Positions 32,422 through 34,993 of a stretch of DNA of 34,993 bases are shown piece after piece. The notes beneath the pieces are model-generated. The model did no database searches and had not been told where the DNA came from. It saw nothing but the letters and a program-made list of their open reading frames with translations. The stretch spans positions 1 to 34,993 of the IMG/VR virus record IMGVR_UViG_3300020045_007174, one strand, 5' to 3'. The DNA comes from a virus (lineage: Duplodnaviria > Caudoviricetes). The stretch's first letter is position 1, and every line of letters begins with the position of its first letter. Made by a program: the position numbers and the translations under genes.

Positions 32422-32612
32422 TGACTGAATTACCAGAAAAAGTAATTGTATCGAACGGGTGTCATGACTGTCCGTTCGAGGGCAAGAGAGCATCGACATG
32501 GGCGTGCGTTCTGTTGATAGATGTTAGAATTGACATTTATGCGCATAACAGTGAAAGACACCCAGAGTGTCCTCTACTAACACATAGCATCAAGGCGGTG
32601 AAAAATGATTGA
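32418..32612 (+). CDS. Small Cys-rich protein
   Basis: CHDCPF...C...RHPECPL. Confidence 0.6.
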   Translation: MMTELPEKVIVSNGCHDCPFEGKRASTWACVLLIDVRIDIYAHNSERHPECPLLTHSIKAVKND

Positions 32613-32973
32613 TTTAAGTCAACTAGAATTCGGTGATGCTGTTGAGTTAGTAGGCGGAAAAATCAAGGCTGTTATTAGTGTGGAAGCAATGCGAAGGTCA
32701 GGGGGTAGACCTGATAAGTATGTTTTAATAACGGCATCAAAGCCAAAGCATAAAGATGATGAAGTCACTTGTGCTTACGAGTCATTTACGCACGATGGCA
32801 TATCACTGAAATTAGGATGTGACAATATTGTTAGGATTTTGAAAAATAAAAACCAATGGACTGACGAAGATATGCTGAACGCCTTTTACGCTTCTGCAAC
32901 GAATGAAATTTCATGTAAGCCGTTGACTGCGGCACAATGGATTAAACAATATAAGGTGGTGAAAAATGGATAG
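32605..32973 (+). CDS. Hypothetical protein
   Basis: 122-aa ORF overlapping its neighbours. Confidence 0.65.
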   Translation: MIDLSQLEFGDAVELVGGKIKAVISVEAMRRSGGRPDKYVLITASKPKHKDDEVTCAYESFTHDGISLKLGCDNIVRILKNKNQWTDEDMLNAFYASATNEISCKPLTAAQWIKQYKVVKNG

Positions 32974-33045
32974 TATGGTGCACGTTTATGAGTTTTTTCT
33001 AATCATGATTGTATTTATTGTTTGGATAGGGTGGGATGGTGATTT

Positions 33046-33228
33046 ATGAATTTATTAGATTGTGAAGTTACAGTGGTATTAAGTAGTCCGTATCAGATCG
33101 ACCCGCCAAAATATTGGTTTGTCGATGTCAAATATAATTGCTACGGCAGAGAATCAGAGACTTCTGTAATGCTAAAAACGGAAGCTGAGGCTAATAACGT
33201 CTCAGTTGGTTATATTTTTCAGGGGTGA
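33046..33228 (+). CDS. Hypothetical phage protein
   Basis: 60 aa; VT.VLS.PY...WFVDVKYNCYG. Confidence 0.6.
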   Translation: MNLLDCEVTVVLSSPYQIDPPKYWFVDVKYNCYGRESETSVMLKTEAEANNVSVGYIFQG

Positions 33229-33231
33229 TTT

Positions 33232-33786
33232 ATGAGCAATATCGAAGATGATGTAAAAGCGGCGATTGAGGAGTTTGGTGATTTGGCGTTTGAGCGGTTT
33301 GAGGTAGAGACGGCACCTAAATTTTGGATTAGCTCGACAAATAATAGTCAATTGATTACGGCATTCGCCAGACTAAAACCACTGCCCGAATTACTCGCCC
33401 ACGATATTAAAGTATATGGCGATAATGCGTATTTGATGTGGTCAGGTAGCGTGGCTTATGATGATGCTTTTGGAGGTTTTTATGAAGTGCGCGATGTTGT
33501 TTTTGATGACAATGCACACGTCTTAAGTGAATTTGAAGTATCGACTCTTGACAGCGTGTATCGCAAAACATCCTCCGCACTACCTTTTGATTTAGAGCGG
33601 GCTAAGGATGGTGATGTGGTTGAGGTATTTGATGGCAATCCTGATTATGGATGGAGCTTGGCAAAATACGAGGGAAATTATGAGCAAGATGGTTTAATTA
33701 TAGTGAGTAGAGTAAGCGATAATTACAGAATGAGAGTCTATGATAATGATCTACGAATGAAATTTACTAAACAGGTGCAATTATGA
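33232..33786 (+). CDS. Hypothetical phage protein
   Basis: 184 aa; PFDLERAKDGD.V motif; internal repeat of the D.K..GD.A pattern. Confidence 0.65.
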   Translation: MSNIEDDVKAAIEEFGDLAFERFEVETAPKFWISSTNNSQLITAFARLKPLPELLAHDIKVYGDNAYLMWSGSVAYDDAFGGFYEVRDVVFDDNAHVLSEFEVSTLDSVYRKTSSALPFDLERAKDGDVVEVFDGNPDYGWSLAKYEGNYEQDGLIIVSRVSDNYRMRVYDNDLRMKFTKQVQL

Positions 33787-34055
33787 ATATTAAAAACTGG
33801 ATTTTCGATAAGTTGTGTGGCAATAAATTTGTTTATGATGTTGATATTTTTGAAACATTGCACGGACAGATTGCAAGACTAACCAAAGAGCTTGAATCGG
33901 TGCGCGATGATAGAGATAGAAAGCTTAGTAATATTAGAAGATTAGAGTGTCAACTACAATCAATGGAAAGCAATAGAGATGGCTGGAGGCTTTGGTTTTG
34001 GGTTGCATGGGCATTTTCAATAATATTTTCTGCTTTAGTTATACTAAGTCGCTAA
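33783..34055 (+). CDS. Coiled-coil protein with C-terminal TM helix
   Basis: Heptads, then WRLWFWVAWAFSIIFSALVIL. Confidence 0.6.
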   Translation: MNIKNWIFDKLCGNKFVYDVDIFETLHGQIARLTKELESVRDDRDRKLSNIRRLECQLQSMESNRDGWRLWFWVAWAFSIIFSALVILSR

Positions 34056-34061
34056 TAAAAT

Positions 34062-34095
34062 AAAACCCGTAACTGGCAACGGTAGCGGGTTTTTT
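34062..34095. terminator. Bidirectional terminator
   Basis: AAAACCCG/CGGGTTTT between convergent genes. Confidence 0.75.
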
Positions 34096-34141
34096 ATTGG
34101 TTAAAACTTTCTAAATCTTGAGCTTCCGGCGCGTAAATCTG

Positions 34142-34633
34142 CTAATTAAACCCTAGAATTTTATCGATGTCTTCAATGCTTCTGGCGATCCCTGCATACG
34201 CATTTGCTAATAACGCTTTTGCTAAAAAATCGTCCTGAGCTTGCGTGGGCTTACCTGTCTTACTTTTTACTTCAATAAAAAACGCCTTTCCTGTCTTCAT
34301 AACGCCCATAATATCGCTCATTCCCTTTTGGCTATTAAATGCCGTGTATCGTCTATCTTGCTCCATGACACCGGAGTTTATGCGGATTACTATGCCTACG
34401 CTTGGGTGAGCGCGTAAATACGCCATAATAGTTTTTTGAATATCGGACTCAGATAGCGTTGGCGGCGCGTTGGGGTCTTTTGGTTTCACGGTTCTGGTTC
34501 GCTTTGGCTTGTCGGTTGATAGTTCGCTAAATACTGGCGGCTTATTACCGAATAAACGCGCCATACCTGTTAGATCAGCACGGTTTTTTGCAATGGTTTC
34601 TCTTAAGCTTGGTTTTTGTGTGCGTGGTTTCAT
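34142..34633 (-). CDS. VRR-NUC domain nuclease
   Basis: SESDIQ, GMSDIMG, FIEVKSKTGKPTQAQ. Confidence 0.9.
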   Translation of the reverse strand: MKPRTQKPSLRETIAKNRADLTGMARLFGNKPPVFSELSTDKPKRTRTVKPKDPNAPPTLSESDIQKTIMAYLRAHPSVGIVIRINSGVMEQDRRYTAFNSQKGMSDIMGVMKTGKAFFIEVKSKTGKPTQAQDDFLAKALLANAYAGIARSIEDIDKILGFN

Positions 34634-34698
34634 TATATTTTAATATTGAATTATTTGTGTTATTATGTAGCTCCATTGTAACACAACAGGATATTAAA

Positions 34699-34866
34699 AT
34701 GTCACATGCATTAAAAAAAGACACGACATTGAGGGCGAGGGTTCAGCGTAACTTTGCCGATAAAATAGACGTGGAGGCGCAAAAAATAGGTCTTAATTCT
34801 AGCGAATATGTGAGACTTGCACTTATTGAAAAGTTGGCGCGTGACGGCAAGCGTGGCGGGTCATGA
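34699..34866 (+). CDS. Ribbon-helix-helix regulator
   Basis: AGGA RBS before ATG 34699; TLRARV...GLNSSEYVRLALIEKL. Confidence 0.75.
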   Translation: MSHALKKDTTLRARVQRNFADKIDVEAQKIGLNSSEYVRLALIEKLARDGKRGGS

Positions 34867-34993
34867 GTGATATAGCTAAAAGAAAAACAAGCCCTCCGTA
34901 TTCCAAGACACTAAACAAAGACATGGGGTTTTTTTGGCTCTATGTCGGAATTAACGCATGGGAAGCAAGAAAAAAATTATCTGAGCAAGGGAA
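34863..34993 (+). CDS. 5' end of a gene running off the window
   Basis: ATGA overlap; MSDIAKRKTSPPYSKTLNKDMGFFWLYVGINAWEARKKLSEQG with no stop. Confidence 0.55.
   Translation, partial: MSDIAKRKTSPPYSKTLNKDMGFFWLYVGINAWEARKKLSEQG

Overview
The window is most of a P22-like short-tailed (podovirus-type) dsDNA phage genome. Gene order: the 3' end of a probable primase-helicase, a Bro-N antirepressor, an iteron-rich putative origin, an ERF/YqaJ/SSB recombination module, small accessory genes and holin-like genes. The virion operon follows: TerS, TerL, portal, scaffold, coat, decoration, gp4/gp10-like adaptors, needle and fibre, three ejection proteins, an ART-PolyVal-like protein and a tail fibre. 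After it come a divergent early region around a Cro-like gene, a VRR-NUC nuclease and an RHH gene. No integrase, CI repressor, endolysin, CRISPR array or reverse transcriptase was recognised. Most striking: the gene directly upstream of the coat gene encodes a 'minimal' coat paralogue (N-arm helix, spine helix and P-domain strands only; E-loop, A- and I-domains deleted) fused to a GatB/YqeY-like tail. Also notable: a promoter-driven cluster of tRNA-like RNAs between portal and scaffold, two hairpin/terminator leaders with complementary loops, and an origin with 13 iterons around a 41-bp perfect purine-pyrimidine alternation. All assignments come from reading motifs by eye; no searches were run.
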